From contig CAWDNU010000004.1 in assembly GCA_963803705.1 (NCBI GenBank), positions 608,001 through 672,000 on the forward strand: 64,000 bases of DNA. Reading direction: 5' to 3'. The DNA comes from an uncultured Pseudobdellovibrionaceae bacterium. Lineage in GTDB: Bacteria; Bdellovibrionota; Bdellovibrionia; Bdellovibrionales; UBA1609. The translations under genes were made by a program, and so were the position numbers. Below are positions 1 through 10,251 of the stretch, in pieces; within the stretch, counting starts at the first letter, position 1, and the number at the start of each line of letters is the position of its first letter. Under the pieces are notes generated by a model. That model saw only the letters and a program-made list of their open reading frames with translations. It did not search any database and was not told the DNA's origin.

Positions 1-18
1 TTTAAATTTTAATCTCAT
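1..18 (-). CDS. rplR: 50S ribosomal protein L18, 5' end only (runs off window)
   Basis: ATG AGA TTA AAA TTT AAA with AGGAAG upstream, directly after rplF; assigned by operon position only. Confidence 0.6.
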
Positions 19-56
19 AATAAACCTTGATCAACTTCCTAAATAAATAATAAACC

Positions 57-601
57 TTACTTACCACCTGACTTACCAGCTTTTTTCTGTATAACTTCAT
101 CTGTGTATCTAACACCTTTACCAAGATATGGCTCTGGTGGTCTGAAATCCTCTGACTTTAGCAGCGACTTGTCCGACTAATGACTTATCAGCACCTTTAA
201 CTAGAACCGTTGTCTGTTTATCCACTGAGATTTCAATTCCGTCAGGGATAGGAAATTTAATTGGATGACTAAAACCTAAGGTTAGCTCTAGAATTTTTTC
301 CACTGAAACGTTTGCTCTATAACCAACACCGTTTAAAGTTAGTGATTTAGTCCATCCCGTAGAAACACCAGTCATAGCATTCTGGACCAAACTTCTATAC
401 AAACCATGCTTAGCTCTGCTTTCAGCGTCGTCTGCAGTTCTTGTGATAACAACAAAACCATCTTTAAGTTCAGCTTTGACTTTACCAGTCATAGATACAT
501 GACTGAGTATCCTTAGCACCTTTAATAGTTAGAAGATGCTCTTTAATATCAACATTAACTTTATCTTCAACTTTTACGGGTAACTTTCCAATTCTAGACA
601 T
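57..601 (-). CDS. rplF: 50S ribosomal protein L6 (frameshifted in this sequence)
   Basis: Starts MSRIGKLPV at 601; contains GVGYRA and LGFSHP; C-terminal KKAGKSGGK* lies in another frame. Confidence 0.93.
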
Positions 602-653
602 AAATAACCTACCAATTAATTTTTAACTTCACCCAGCATTACTAAAACGCTGA

Positions 654-1042
654 TTACCAAATTTTTAACAACAATTCTCCACCAACATTTGTGTCGCTGC
701 TTCTTCACCGCTTAAGACACCTTTATTAGTGCTTAAGATAGATATCCCATAACCATGATCTAATTTGAGGAATATCATCTTTTTTAACATAAATTCTTCT
801 TCTTGGACGACTTACTCTTTGAATGTTAACAATAGCTGGAGTTCCCTCTTAGTGTAATTTAAGTACACTCTCATCAATCCTTGTTTACCATCTTGAGCTA
901 CACGAAAGGTTTTAATATAGCCTTTTTCTTTCAAAATTTTAGCTATACCTTGTTTCATATTTGAACTAGGCACATCTAACTTATCATGTTTCGCTAAACC
1001 AGCGTTTCTTATTCTTGTTACGAAATCTGCAATTGTATCCAT
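654..1042 (-). CDS. rpsH: 30S ribosomal protein S8 (frameshifted)
   Basis: MDTIADFVTRIRNA start; C-terminal ELLLKIW* at 654 in a shifted frame. Confidence 0.93.
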
Positions 1043-1065
1043 AATTCCTCTTTACCTCAACCCAA

Positions 1066-1609
1066 TTATTTAGTTCTAAATGGCATTCCAAGACCTTCAA
1101 GAAGAGCCTTGCCTTCAGCGTCTGTCTTTGCTGATGTACAAATTGTTATATTCATTCCACGCACTTTATCTACTTTGTCGTAGCTAATTTCTGGAAAAAT
1201 AATTTGTTCTTTAATACCCATATTATAATTACCGCGACCATCAAAGCCCTTTTGGTGAAAGACCTCTAAAGTCCCTAACTCTCGGTAAAGACAAATGGAT
1301 CAATCGATCCATAAAGGTCCATGCTTTTTCACGTCTAAAGTCACCATAGAACCGATTGGCATTCCTTCTCTTAATTTAAAGTTCGCAATCGCTTTCTTAG
1401 CTTTCGTGATGACAGCTTTCTGACCAGTGATCGCAGTCAATTCATCTGCGGCAGTGTTTAAAACTTTAGGGTTTTGAACAGCATCGCTAATTGAAGTGTT
1501 GATGACGACTTTTTCAATTCTTGGAACATTCATTACGTTGTCCAAACCTAAAGCTTTTCATTAAGCTTGCTTTCAATTCATTTTCAAACTTCTTCTTACT
1601 AATACTCAT
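1066..1609 (-). CDS. rplE: 50S ribosomal protein L5 (frameshifted)
   Basis: ATG at 1609 ([12 protein letters not shown]); [15 protein letters not shown] and [10 protein letters not shown] motifs; ends GMPFRTK*. Confidence 0.93.
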
Positions 1610-1618
1610 AAAATACTC

Positions 1619-1989
1619 CTAAATCACTTCTGGCGCTAGAGATACAATCTTAACAAAAGACTTTGCTCTTAGCTCTCTGGCTACTGGACCGAAAATACGC
1701 GTACCAACGGGTTCTTTGTTTGCGTTAACCAATACAGCAGAGTTTTCATCGAAACGAATATAACTTCCATCAGGCTCTTTTGATCTTATGAATAGTTCTG
1801 ACAATCACAGCTTTAGCGACATCGCCTTTTTTCACTTTTGAATTAGGTAAGTGCATCTTTCACAGACACAACAACAATGTCACCAACAGATGCATATCTT
1901 CGCTTAGAACCGCCTAAAACTTTGATGCACATAACTTCTTTGGCACCCGAGTTGTCAGCCACGTTCATACGACTTTGAACTTGAATCAT
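1619..1989 (-). CDS. rplN: 50S ribosomal protein L14 (frameshifted)
   Basis: [17 protein letters not shown] start; [13 protein letters not shown]...SLAPEVI end. Confidence 0.95.
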
Positions 1990-2269
1990 TGAGCCACCTC
2001 TTTGACCTTCAGCATTTAAGAACCGCGGACAATTTCCATCTTTTGAATTTACTCAAAGGACGGGTTTCTCTTATTCGTAACTTTATCACCAATCTTCGCT
2101 CGTTATTTTCATCGTGAGCCATAAATACAGAAGTTCTTTTTCATATATTTCTGGTACTTAGGATGCTTAACAAGTCTAAAGATCTTAACTTTATTGAGTT
2201 TATTCATTTTGTCGCTAACGACTTCACCAACAAACTTCAATTTTTCTACCGCGGTTATTTTCAGTTCAT
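1986..2269 (-). CDS. rpsQ: 30S ribosomal protein S17 (several indels; 3' end approximate)
   Basis: Fragments [20 protein letters not shown] and IRETRPLSK across frames; position between rpmC and rplN. Confidence 0.85.
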
Positions 2270-2284
2270 TAATTTTAGCTCCTA

Positions 2285-2478
2285 TTACTTCGCTAGCTTT
2301 TGGTTGATCGCTGTTTTCAGTTTAGCAATATTTCTTCGAGCCGTACGAATACTCAAAGGGTTGGCGATCTTGACCCAAAGGGTTTTTCATTTTGAGCATG
2401 AAATATTCTTCTTTAACGAGATCTTTCTTTCTTTCTTAATTCATCAACTGTTAAATCTTTAATTTCAGAAAATTTCAT
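2285..2478 (-). CDS. rpmC: 50S ribosomal protein L29 (frameshifted)
   Basis: [18 protein letters not shown]...RTARRNIAKLKTAINQKLAK*. Confidence 0.88.
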
Positions 2479-2894
2479 TACATACCTTCCTTAGCGAGGA
2501 ATTTAGTTTTTAACGGTAAGTTTGTGTGCCGCCAGTCTAAAAGCTTCTTGAGCTTGTTCTCTCGTCACACCGTTCATTTCGAACAAAATTCGACCTGGTT
2601 TAACTGGAGCAACCCAAAACTCAACACTTCCTTTACCCGAACCCATTCTAACTTCAGCAGGTTTTTTGGTAATTGGACGATCTGGAAAGACACGTAATCC
2701 ATAAGCTTACCGCCTCTTTTAACATATCTATTAATGGCAATACGACCAGCTTCCAACTGACGAGCAGTAATTCTACCTGGCTCAGTCGTTAAAAGCGCAA
2801 AGTCACCAAAACTGATCAGTGTCCCACGAGTTGCTTTACCTTTGATACGACCTTTTCTATGTTTTCTCCATTTAAATTTCTTAGGACTAAGCAC
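2478..2894 (-). CDS. rplP: 50S ribosomal protein L16 (frameshifted)
   Basis: [21 protein letters not shown] and RMGKG motifs; TAATG overlap with rpmC. Confidence 0.93.
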
Positions 2895-3546
2895 GACCGG
2901 CCTCCTCTGCTTCTCTCATTGAAAGGACGTCACCACGGTAGATCCAAACTTTCACACCAAGAATACCGTAAGTAGTTGCTGCTTCAGCGGTTCCATAATC
3001 AATATCAGCTCTCAAAGTATGTAAAGGAACACTTTTTTCGTTGTACCATTCAGACCTAGCAATCTCTGCACCATCTAAACTGACCACCAACTTGAACTTT
3101 AATACCACGAACTCCGCCACGTAGTAGATGCTGCTATGGCTTTTTTCAAGGCTCTTCTCCAGGAGATACGTTTTTCTAACTGCATAGCAATGTTGGCCGC
3201 AACTAGTTGAGCATCCAAATCTGGCTTTCCTTACTTCTTGAATACTAACAAAAACTTCACTTTTACTAAATTTTTGAAGTTCTAATCTGATTTTGTCGAT
3301 GCCTGCACCTTTCTTACCGATAACAACACCTGGTCTCGCTGTAGAAATGATAACTTTGACTTTCTGAGCAGCTCTCTCGATTTCAACTTTAGCAACACCA
3401 GCTTGCTTTAAGCTCTTTTGAATGTATGAGCGGAATTTAATATCCTCATGAAGATTCTTTGCATAATCTGCATTTGCATACCATCTAGAGTCCCATGTTC
3501 TAATGACACCAACTCTTAAACTGATTGGATTTACTTTCTGTCCCAT
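2887..3546 (-). CDS. rpsC: 30S ribosomal protein S3 (internal compensating frameshifts)
   Basis: [30 protein letters not shown]; middle ~45 aa out of frame. Confidence 0.95.
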   Translation of the reverse strand: MGQKVNPISLRVGVIRTWDSRWYANADYAKNLHEDIKFRSYIQKSLKQAGVAKVEIERAAQKVKVIISTARPGVVIGKKGAGIDKIRLELQKFSKSEVFVSIQEVRKARFGCSTSCGQHCYAVRKTYLLEKSLEKSHSSIYYVAEFVVLKFKLVVSLDGAEIARSEWYNEKSVPLHTLRADIDYGTAEAATTYGILGVKVWIYRGDVLSMREAEEAGRA

Positions 3547-3559
3547 ACTAAAACCGCCC

Positions 3560-3895
3560 TTACTGTTCGTCCAAAGTAACTGAAATATGACTCATTTTCT
3601 TCAAAATTTGAGAAGCACTACCTTTTCCACGTGGTCGTGACCTTTTCAAATGCGGACCTTTATTCACTTCAATTGTTTTTACATATAAATTATCGACATC
3701 AATGACTTTCTTTTGTTCAGCGTTAGCAACACCAGACTCGATCAAGTTTCATAATCATGTCAGCACCTTTCTTTGGCATAAAAGCAAGTGTCTTCAGTGC
3801 TTCGTTAACATTTTTTCCACGAACAGCAATCAGCCACTAATCTAGCTTTCTGTGTTCCTATTCTCGCAAATTTTAAGTTGTGCTTTAACTTCCAT
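3560..3895 (-). CDS. rplV: 50S ribosomal protein L22 (frameshifted)
   Basis: MEVKAQLK start; ANAE, KRSRPRGKG and SHISV motifs. Confidence 0.92.
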
Positions 3896-3931
3896 ATTCA
3901 ATCCTTAATCTCTGAGTATTTTCACAGAACC

Positions 3932-4203
3932 TTATTTTTTCTTGTTATCGCCATGACCTTTATAAATTCTTGTCGGAGCAAATTCTCCAAATTTATGACC
4001 AACCATATTATCTGATACAAAAACTGGAACAAATTTTTTCCCATTATGAACAGCAAAAGTTAGACCCGAACATTCCGGTGTTACAGTCGATCTACGTGAC
4101 CAAGTTTTAATTACTTTTTTGTCCCCAGTTTCTAATTGCATTATCTAATCTTTTTTGTAAGATGCTCATCAACAAAAGGACCTTTTTTTAACGATCTAGC
4201 CAT
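3932..4203 (-). CDS. rpsS: 30S ribosomal protein S19 (frameshifted)
   Basis: [12 protein letters not shown] start; IKTWSRRS and [11 protein letters not shown]. Confidence 0.95.
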
Positions 4204-4212
4204 TTAACTCTC

Positions 4213-5041
4213 CTACTTCTTAGTTCTTCTCTTAATAATCATTGAATTTGTCTTCTTGTTTTTTCTAGTCTTATATCCCTTACAAGGCTGACCCCAAGGA
4301 GACACCGGATGATGACCTTTACCAACACCTTCACCACCACCGAGAGGGTGATCGATTGGGTTCATGACCATACCACGAACAGAAGGACGTTTTCCCATCC
4401 AACGCTTTCGACCTGCTTTACCAATTTTGATGTTTTCACTGTCAGTATTTCCAACTTGTCCAATAGAAGCTCTGCAAGTAGAAAGAATTTGTCTCACCTC
4501 ACCACTTGGTAGTTTTACTTGGCAGTACTTTCCAGTTTTTGCAACGAAGTTAGCAGAAGTTCCAGCACCTCGACACAATTGAGCGCCTTTACCAGGTCTC
4601 AATTTCAACGTTGTGAATAATTGTCCCAACAGGAATGGCATGTCAAAGTCAGATTATTACCCGGCTTTGATATCAGCAGTGTCGCTGGAAATCACTTTAT
4701 CGCCAACGTTAAGCTTTACCGGGGCTATATATATAGCTTTTCTCTCCATCTATGTAGGAAAGCAATGCAATACGTGCATTACGGTTTGGATCATATTCAA
4801 TCGATTTTACAGTTGCAGGAATGTCAAACTTATACCGTTTGAAATCGATAACGCGGTAACGCCTTTTATGACCGCCACCAATGTGTCTCATGGTTATCTG
4901 TCCATGGTTGTTCCGAGCTGCTTTTTTATTTAATGGCTCGGTCAAACTCTTTTCAGGTTGGCTTTTGGTAATCTCAGCAAAATCAGAGACTGAACGATTT
5001 CGTAAGCTGTTGTTTCTAGGTCTTAAAACACGGATACCCAT
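4213..5041 (-). CDS. rplB: 50S ribosomal protein L2 (split by frameshift)
   Basis: [15 protein letters not shown] and EYDPNRNA in one [21 protein letters not shown] in the second. Confidence 0.95.
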
Positions 5042-5044
5042 TTA

Positions 5045-5324
5045 TTACGCTCCCTCAAATAGTGTGATTTTTTCACCGGGCTTAAGCTTAATCAAAGCTT
5101 TCTTCCAGTACTTGGGCTTAGTTGAGCCGTGAGTAGTTCTTTTAGAACGCCCACGACACACTATAGTTTTCACAGATTCCACTTTTACATCAAAATGCTT
5201 TTCGAAATTAGACTTAATTTCAGTTTTGGTAGCTCTTTCTATCTACTTCAAAGCCATAAATCCCAACTTCAGATAAAGCTGTCAGTTTTTCAGAGATTAA
5301 GGGTTTTTTTATTGCGTTTAACAT
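5045..5324 (-). CDS. rplW: 50S ribosomal protein L23 (frameshifted)
   Basis: MLNAIKKPLISEK start; YWKKALIKLKPGEKITLFEGA* end. Confidence 0.9.
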
Positions 5325-5325
5325 A

Positions 5326-5952
5326 TCAAACCTCCACACCAAGTCTTTTCTGGACTTGATCTATAGAGTTTTTTTCGAAAATTACATGATTATATTTCAG
5401 CAGATCAAAAACATTTAAACCTTCTGTTGAAAGGTATAGACATTTTTTTAAATTACCTGAGGCACGTTTCATCAAATTACCCTTATCATTACCAACAATA
5501 AGAGTTTTCTCAGTGCCCATAGTTTTCAAAGCTTCAGCCATTTCTTTTGTTTTACCTGAGCAGTCCAACGTATCCACGACCTTAACTTTGCCTTCAGAAT
5601 AAAGGTAAGAAAGAGCTGACTTAAGGCCGGAAGCTCTTACTTTTTTAGGTAAAGAATAAGAATAGTCTCTTGGCGTCGGTCCAAAAATAACACCACCTCC
5701 ACGAATTAGGGGTGAACGAGTTGAACCTCTACGGGCATTTCCGGTGCCTTTTTGCTTATAAGGCTTAATACCACCGCCACTGACAAGGCCTTTCGATTTA
5801 GCCATATGCGTACCTTGCCTTCTACAAGCCAACTGCCATTTAACAACCGTCTGCATAAGCTCTATATTTACAGGCTTTTCAAAAACCTCAGGAGACAAGT
5901 CCATGGATTCCACTTTCTTATTTTTCCAATTTAATACATCTACTGTAGCCAT
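5326..5952 (-). CDS. rplD: 50S ribosomal protein L4
   Basis: RQGTH, KPYKQKGTGNAR, GGGVIFGP. Confidence 0.97.
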   Translation of the reverse strand: MATVDVLNWKNKKVESMDLSPEVFEKPVNIELMQTVVKWQLACRRQGTHMAKSKGLVSGGGIKPYKQKGTGNARRGSTRSPLIRGGGVIFGPTPRDYSYSLPKKVRASGLKSALSYLYSEGKVKVVDTLDCSGKTKEMAEALKTMGTEKTLIVGNDKGNLMKRASGNLKKCLYLSTEGLNVFDLLKYNHVIFEKNSIDQVQKRLGVEV

Positions 5953-5967
5953 AAAATCCTCTTTAAA

Positions 5968-6696
5968 CTAAATTTTTCTAAACTCGACCAGTGTGTTTTT
6001 AGCTCCAGGAATTGCTCCCTTAACTAGCAAGACATTTTCATCTAACAAAATATCAACAACTTCTAGTCCTTTGACTGTAATTTTCTTGTTTCCGTACTGA
6101 CCGGCCATCTTTTTACCCGGCATAACTCGACCAGGGAACTCGCACATACCAATTGAACCAGGACGTCTGTGAAACCCAGAACCATGAGTAGCAGGTCCGC
6201 CGCCGAAATTGTATCTTTTCACAACACCTGAAAAGCCTTTCCCTTTCGAGATTGAAGAGACTTGTAAAATATCGCCCTTTTCAAAAGCTGTAAGATCTAC
6301 TTTTTGGCCTAAAACAGCACCCTCTGGAAGAGCTTGCCTAACTTCACTACAGTATCTCATGCCAGTTTCAAAACCAGATTTTTTGTAGTGACCAATCTCT
6401 GCTTTCAAAGAGCTTTTAAGTTTTTTAGGAAGGCCTGAAATTTGAATAGCTTCATATCCATCCATATCTTTTGTTTTAATTTGAGTGACTGTCCAAGGAG
6501 AACACTCAAGCACAGTGACCGGAACACGCACGCCTTCTTCAGTGTAAATTGAAGTCATACCTGATTTGACACCGAAGAAACCACCTAACTTAAGAGCAGA
6601 TGATGTATCTGCAGTTTTAGTTTCGTTATTTTCTGCAACTGGTGATGTACTTTCAGGTGCAATTTCTTTTACTGTTTCATTGTTATCTTGAGACAT
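5968..6696 (-). CDS. rplC: 50S ribosomal protein L3 with ~30 aa N-terminal extension
   Basis: KSGMT, GKGFSGVVKR, HGSGFHRRPGSIG, PGKKMAG. Confidence 0.97.
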   Translation of the reverse strand: MSQDNNETVKEIAPESTSPVAENNETKTADTSSALKLGGFFGVKSGMTSIYTEEGVRVPVTVLECSPWTVTQIKTKDMDGYEAIQISGLPKKLKSSLKAEIGHYKKSGFETGMRYCSEVRQALPEGAVLGQKVDLTAFEKGDILQVSSISKGKGFSGVVKRYNFGGGPATHGSGFHRRPGSIGMCEFPGRVMPGKKMAGQYGNKKITVKGLEVVDILLDENVLLVKGAIPGAKNTLVEFRKI

Positions 6697-6726
6697 AAAA
6701 TCCTCTTTAAATTAGTCGAAGTATCT

Positions 6727-7044
6727 TTAAGAAAGTTTAATTTCCACATCTACACCAGCTGATAGATCAAGCTTCATAAGCTGATCAACAGTTTGCTGTG
6801 TTGGGTCAAGTATATCTAAAAGTCTTTTGTGAGTTCTAATTTCAAACTGTTCTCGTGATTTTTTATCAACGTGAGGAGATCTTAAAACAGTGTACTTATT
6901 TATACGCGTTGGGAGTGGAATTGGACCAGCAACGCTTGCTCCGGTTCTTTGTGCTGTTTCTACAATTTCCTTTGTAGATTGATCCAAAAGCTTATGATCA
7001 AAGGCCCTTAAACGAATTCTAATTTTTTGATTTTGCACTCTCAA
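6727..7044 (-). CDS. rpsJ: 30S ribosomal protein S10 (GTG at 7038 is the likelier start)
   Basis: [32 protein letters not shown]. Confidence 0.98.
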   Translation of the reverse strand: MRVQNQKIRIRLRAFDHKLLDQSTKEIVETAQRTGASVAGPIPLPTRINKYTVLRSPHVDKKSREQFEIRTHKRLLDILDPTQQTVDQLMKLDLSAGVDVEIKLS

Positions 7045-7160
7045 CCTCTTGATTTATTTAAGATTTTTACTTATCTTGCTATATTCAATTTTAAAATAAA
7101 CTTTAATAATAAGACTCTCTATATTTACCACTCAAAAAATACCATAAACTTTTAAGGCGC

Positions 7161-7228
7161 AAAAAAAGTGTATCTCAAAAACCCTATCAGTTGGCGTGAA
7201 AGCCCTTAATGAGGTTTTTGCAATACAC
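7161..7228 (-). promoter_or_regulatory. Structured rpsJ leader: long hairpin followed by a U-tract (candidate attenuator)
   Basis: Minus strand GTGTATTGCAAAAACC...GGTTTTTGAGATACAC then T7, about 120 nt upstream of rpsJ. Confidence 0.55.
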
Positions 7229-7397
7229 GAAAGAACCATTGTTTTGCTAATAATTAGCCGGTTTGTCAACAAAGTGGGTGAAATAATTCAAGAAACCAGA
7301 TTTATTTTTGGTAGAGAATTTGAAACTTGGTGTAGTACTGTAATTAGCCAATAAATAAAGCTATTTAGCGCTTCCAACCTAGAGGTTAAAAGCTTTT

Positions 7398-10196
7398 TTA
7401 TAACTTATTCGATGAGGTTGTGGTGTAGTTCTTATCCAGAATTCTTGGGGTCACAAAGATCATTATTTCTGTGTCCCTTTTGGAAACCTGCTTAGTTTTA
7501 AAGAGCCAACCAATTAACGGTATATTTTTGAGTATTGGGACGCCAACGTTTATGATTGACGAGCTTTTATCAAAGATTCCACCGATCACGGCTGTTTTGT
7601 TGCTCTCTACCAAGACTTTCGCGACTGCTTGTCTTGTGTTTTTGGGAGAAAGATCGTTTACAGCATCCCCTGGAAATTCATTCTTCACATCTAGTTGCAT
7701 CAGCACACTAGAGCCAGAGGTGATTTGAGGGGTCACTTTCAGCTCTAATGCTATTGGTACGGCCACTGGTGTAATCTGAGCTGGGGCACCCGGTGTTATA
7801 ATGCTTTGTAATCTAATAATCTCTGAGCTTTGGGTTATAGTTGCCTGTACATTATTTAGGGTTGTAACTCTTGGAGACGAGATGATTCTAATTTGAGAGT
7901 CTGTTTCTGAAATACCCATAGCAGCATCGATACTTCCAAAAAAGTCTAGGACACCAAAATTAAAACCACCAGAGAAAGGTTGGCCATCTACCACACTTCC
8001 TGAAGCTAGAGTTCCGTTAATCTGAAATCTAGGAGTTACATTAATAGGTTGACCATTAGTCCCGCCGGTCGGAGACACTTGAGTATTAACCCCTGTAGCA
8101 CCCCAACGTATACCTAGGCTTTGTGCAAAAATTTTAGTAGCCTCAACAATCTTTGCTTCAACTAAAACTTGAGGTGGAGGAAGATCTAACTCTCTGATTA
8201 GTTGAGACACCTTTTTCACAACAGATTTTGTATCGTTTATCACGATACTTGAAGTTCTTTTATCTTCAGTTGCTGTCCCCCGATCCTTCGTTAAAAATGG
8301 AGTCACTTGCGGCAAAATTTCAGATGAAGTCGCGTATTCAAGAGGAATGATCTTTAAAATAGTAGCTTCTACTTGGATTTGAGACTGACGAACGGCTACG
8401 GCTGCCAAAGCTTCTTTTTGTAAATCATCTAAAGGCGCAATTCGTAAAACATTACCTGTGCGAACGTAACCTAAGCCTTTAGTTTTCATTATGGTTAATA
8501 GAGCCTGATCCCAGGGCACGTTCCTTAATTTGATTGTTATTTTACCTGTAACGCCGGGAGCTATCACAATATTTGCCCCAGAATAGTCGGCTATAAAACC
8601 GATCACAGTCCCAATTTCTTCTTCGTTCACTTGAAGATTAATTGGGTCTCCATAGAATGTTCCAGTCTCTAGCAAAAACTCTTCAAGGGAAGACGCAGAT
8701 AAAGTTTTTTCGCCTTCCTGGCTTGCCGTCATAGGAATATTTAGGTTTTTGCTTATTACAGCTGTGACACTACCATTAGGGTTAAGCTGAACCGAATCTG
8801 AAACTTTAGATATTTTTCCAGCTATCGCATCAGTCCCAGGACTAATTATTAACTCTTTACCATTAGTAAGAACGTTAGGCTCTTTATCGTTGTTAACTTT
8901 TACTACGATCTGCACAAGACCGCCACTCACGGGAGTCGCTTTTACAGCTCCAAAACTTTGTTCAAAATCTTTCAAGTATAACGGGCGTTGTAAGATACTT
9001 GGCACAGTAATATTTTGGAGGTTTACAATATACTGAGATGATGACGGCTCATACTGCGTAGAAAATAAAATTGGTTTTTCTGCTTTAAGGACAATCACGC
9101 CGTCAGTGTTCTGAGAGTTGTACTCTAGAATAGTTAACTTGTTTTGCTCGAATTCATTTTCGACTGTCAGTAGGTCACCGCTGATAGGGTTGTCGATAAC
9201 ATCTGCAAAGTCTTCGGTGAGTCCATCTTCAAAAACATCGTTAGAATTTGACGAATCCTCGAAAAGCTCATCAGCCAACAAACTATCTGATTCTTTATTA
9301 GGTAGCACGCCTGAAGGTTCATCGCTAAAGTCAGACACATCACCAAATTCTTCAAATCCATCTAGCTCATCGTTTCCAAAACCTTCGAAGTCTTTTTCAG
9401 GCTTAGTAGCCTGCAAATTCTCATCAATGAAAAGTTCATCCTCTGCACCTAAAATCGACTCACCTGACTTGTTTAATCCTGCCGAAAGATCTGAGTCTGA
9501 GTCTAAATCTAGTTCAGAGTCTGTTACCAACTCGCTGTCAGAGTCAAAACTGTCGTCTAGATCTTCACTCAGAAAATCTGCGAAGGGATCTTTGTTCGTA
9601 TCATTAATGTCATTTGTAACAAAATTTTCAGGTGCACCTGAAACGCTATCTTCTTCGAAATCACTGAATGGGTCTGCGCCATTGTCAGCTGTTGACGGAT
9701 TTAGTTCTAAATTATCCTGGGTAAGATCAAAGTCTTCCTCTAATTCGTTATCAAATTCGCTATCTAATTCGTCGCTTAACTCTGCATCTGAAAAGTTCTC
9801 TAATTCATTTGCAGCTAGATCACCTGAAAAGCTTTCATCGTCGAAATCAAAGTCGTTATTTGAATTTTTGCCATCAATTGTATTTTCGCTCTCCAGAGCA
9901 GCTAAATCTGAATCATCAAAATCTAATTCACTATCATCAAAAGCTAAATCATCACCGTCTTCCAGGCTTGTCTCTTCACCGAGAGCCAATTCACTGTCAT
10001 CAAAATTTTCGAAATCTTCATCCGATAAATCTTCAGTGTCAAAATCTGCTAGCTCATCGTCGACATCTGGAAAAGATTCATCGATTGTCTGCACATTTTG
10101 AGACTCGCCTCTTGTAGTCAAAGAGTTACTGCATGAGGTTAAACCCAAAGAACAGATTAAAACTAAAGTGTATAAAAATCTTAGATGGGAGGTCAT
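7398..10196 (-). CDS. pilQ: Type IV pilus secretin PilQ (lipoprotein, long acidic linker)
   Basis: ATG at 10196 after AAAGGAG; LTSC lipobox; NVPWDQAL, PQVLVEAKIVE and GVPILKNIPLIGWLFK secretin motifs. Confidence 0.95.
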   Translation of the reverse strand: MTSHLRFLYTLVLICSLGLTSCSNSLTTRGESQNVQTIDESFPDVDDELADFDTEDLSDEDFENFDDSELALGEETSLEDGDDLAFDDSELDFDDSDLAALESENTIDGKNSNNDFDFDDESFSGDLAANELENFSDAELSDELDSEFDNELEEDFDLTQDNLELNPSTADNGADPFSDFEEDSVSGAPENFVTNDINDTNKDPFADFLSEDLDDSFDSDSELVTDSELDLDSDSDLSAGLNKSGESILGAEDELFIDENLQATKPEKDFEGFGNDELDGFEEFGDVSDFSDEPSGVLPNKESDSLLADELFEDSSNSNDVFEDGLTEDFADVIDNPISGDLLTVENEFEQNKLTILEYNSQNTDGVIVLKAEKPILFSTQYEPSSSQYIVNLQNITVPSILQRPLYLKDFEQSFGAVKATPVSGGLVQIVVKVNNDKEPNVLTNGKELIISPGTDAIAGKISKVSDSVQLNPNGSVTAVISKNLNIPMTASQEGEKTLSASSLEEFLLETGTFYGDPINLQVNEEEIGTVIGFIADYSGANIVIAPGVTGKITIKLRNVPWDQALLTIMKTKGLGYVRTGNVLRIAPLDDLQKEALAAVAVRQSQIQVEATILKIIPLEYATSSEILPQVTPFLTKDRGTATEDKRTSSIVINDTKSVVKKVSQLIRELDLPPPQVLVEAKIVEATKIFAQSLGIRWGATGVNTQVSPTGGTNGQPINVTPRFQINGTLASGSVVDGQPFSGGFNFGVLDFFGSIDAAMGISETDSQIRIISSPRVTTLNNVQATITQSSEIIRLQSIITPGAPAQITPVAVPIALELKVTPQITSGSSVLMQLDVKNEFPGDAVNDLSPKNTRQAVAKVLVESNKTAVIGGIFDKSSSIINVGVPILKNIPLIGWLFKTKQVSKRDTEIMIFVTPRILDKNYTTTSSNKL

Positions 10197-10251
10197 CCAT
10201 GACTCCTTTGTTACATATGGTAGTGTATATTGGATTTTAAAATTTAAAAAG

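Noticed and set aside
57..5324. Pseudogenisation or programmed frameshifting of ribosomal protein genes
   Set aside because: Essential genes with conserved residues, no shared slippery motif and a sharp boundary at ~5.3 kb; sequencing error is far simpler
9118..10101. 327-aa Ser-rich ORF on the + strand
   Set aside because: Antisense shadow of the Asp/Glu codons in the pilQ linker
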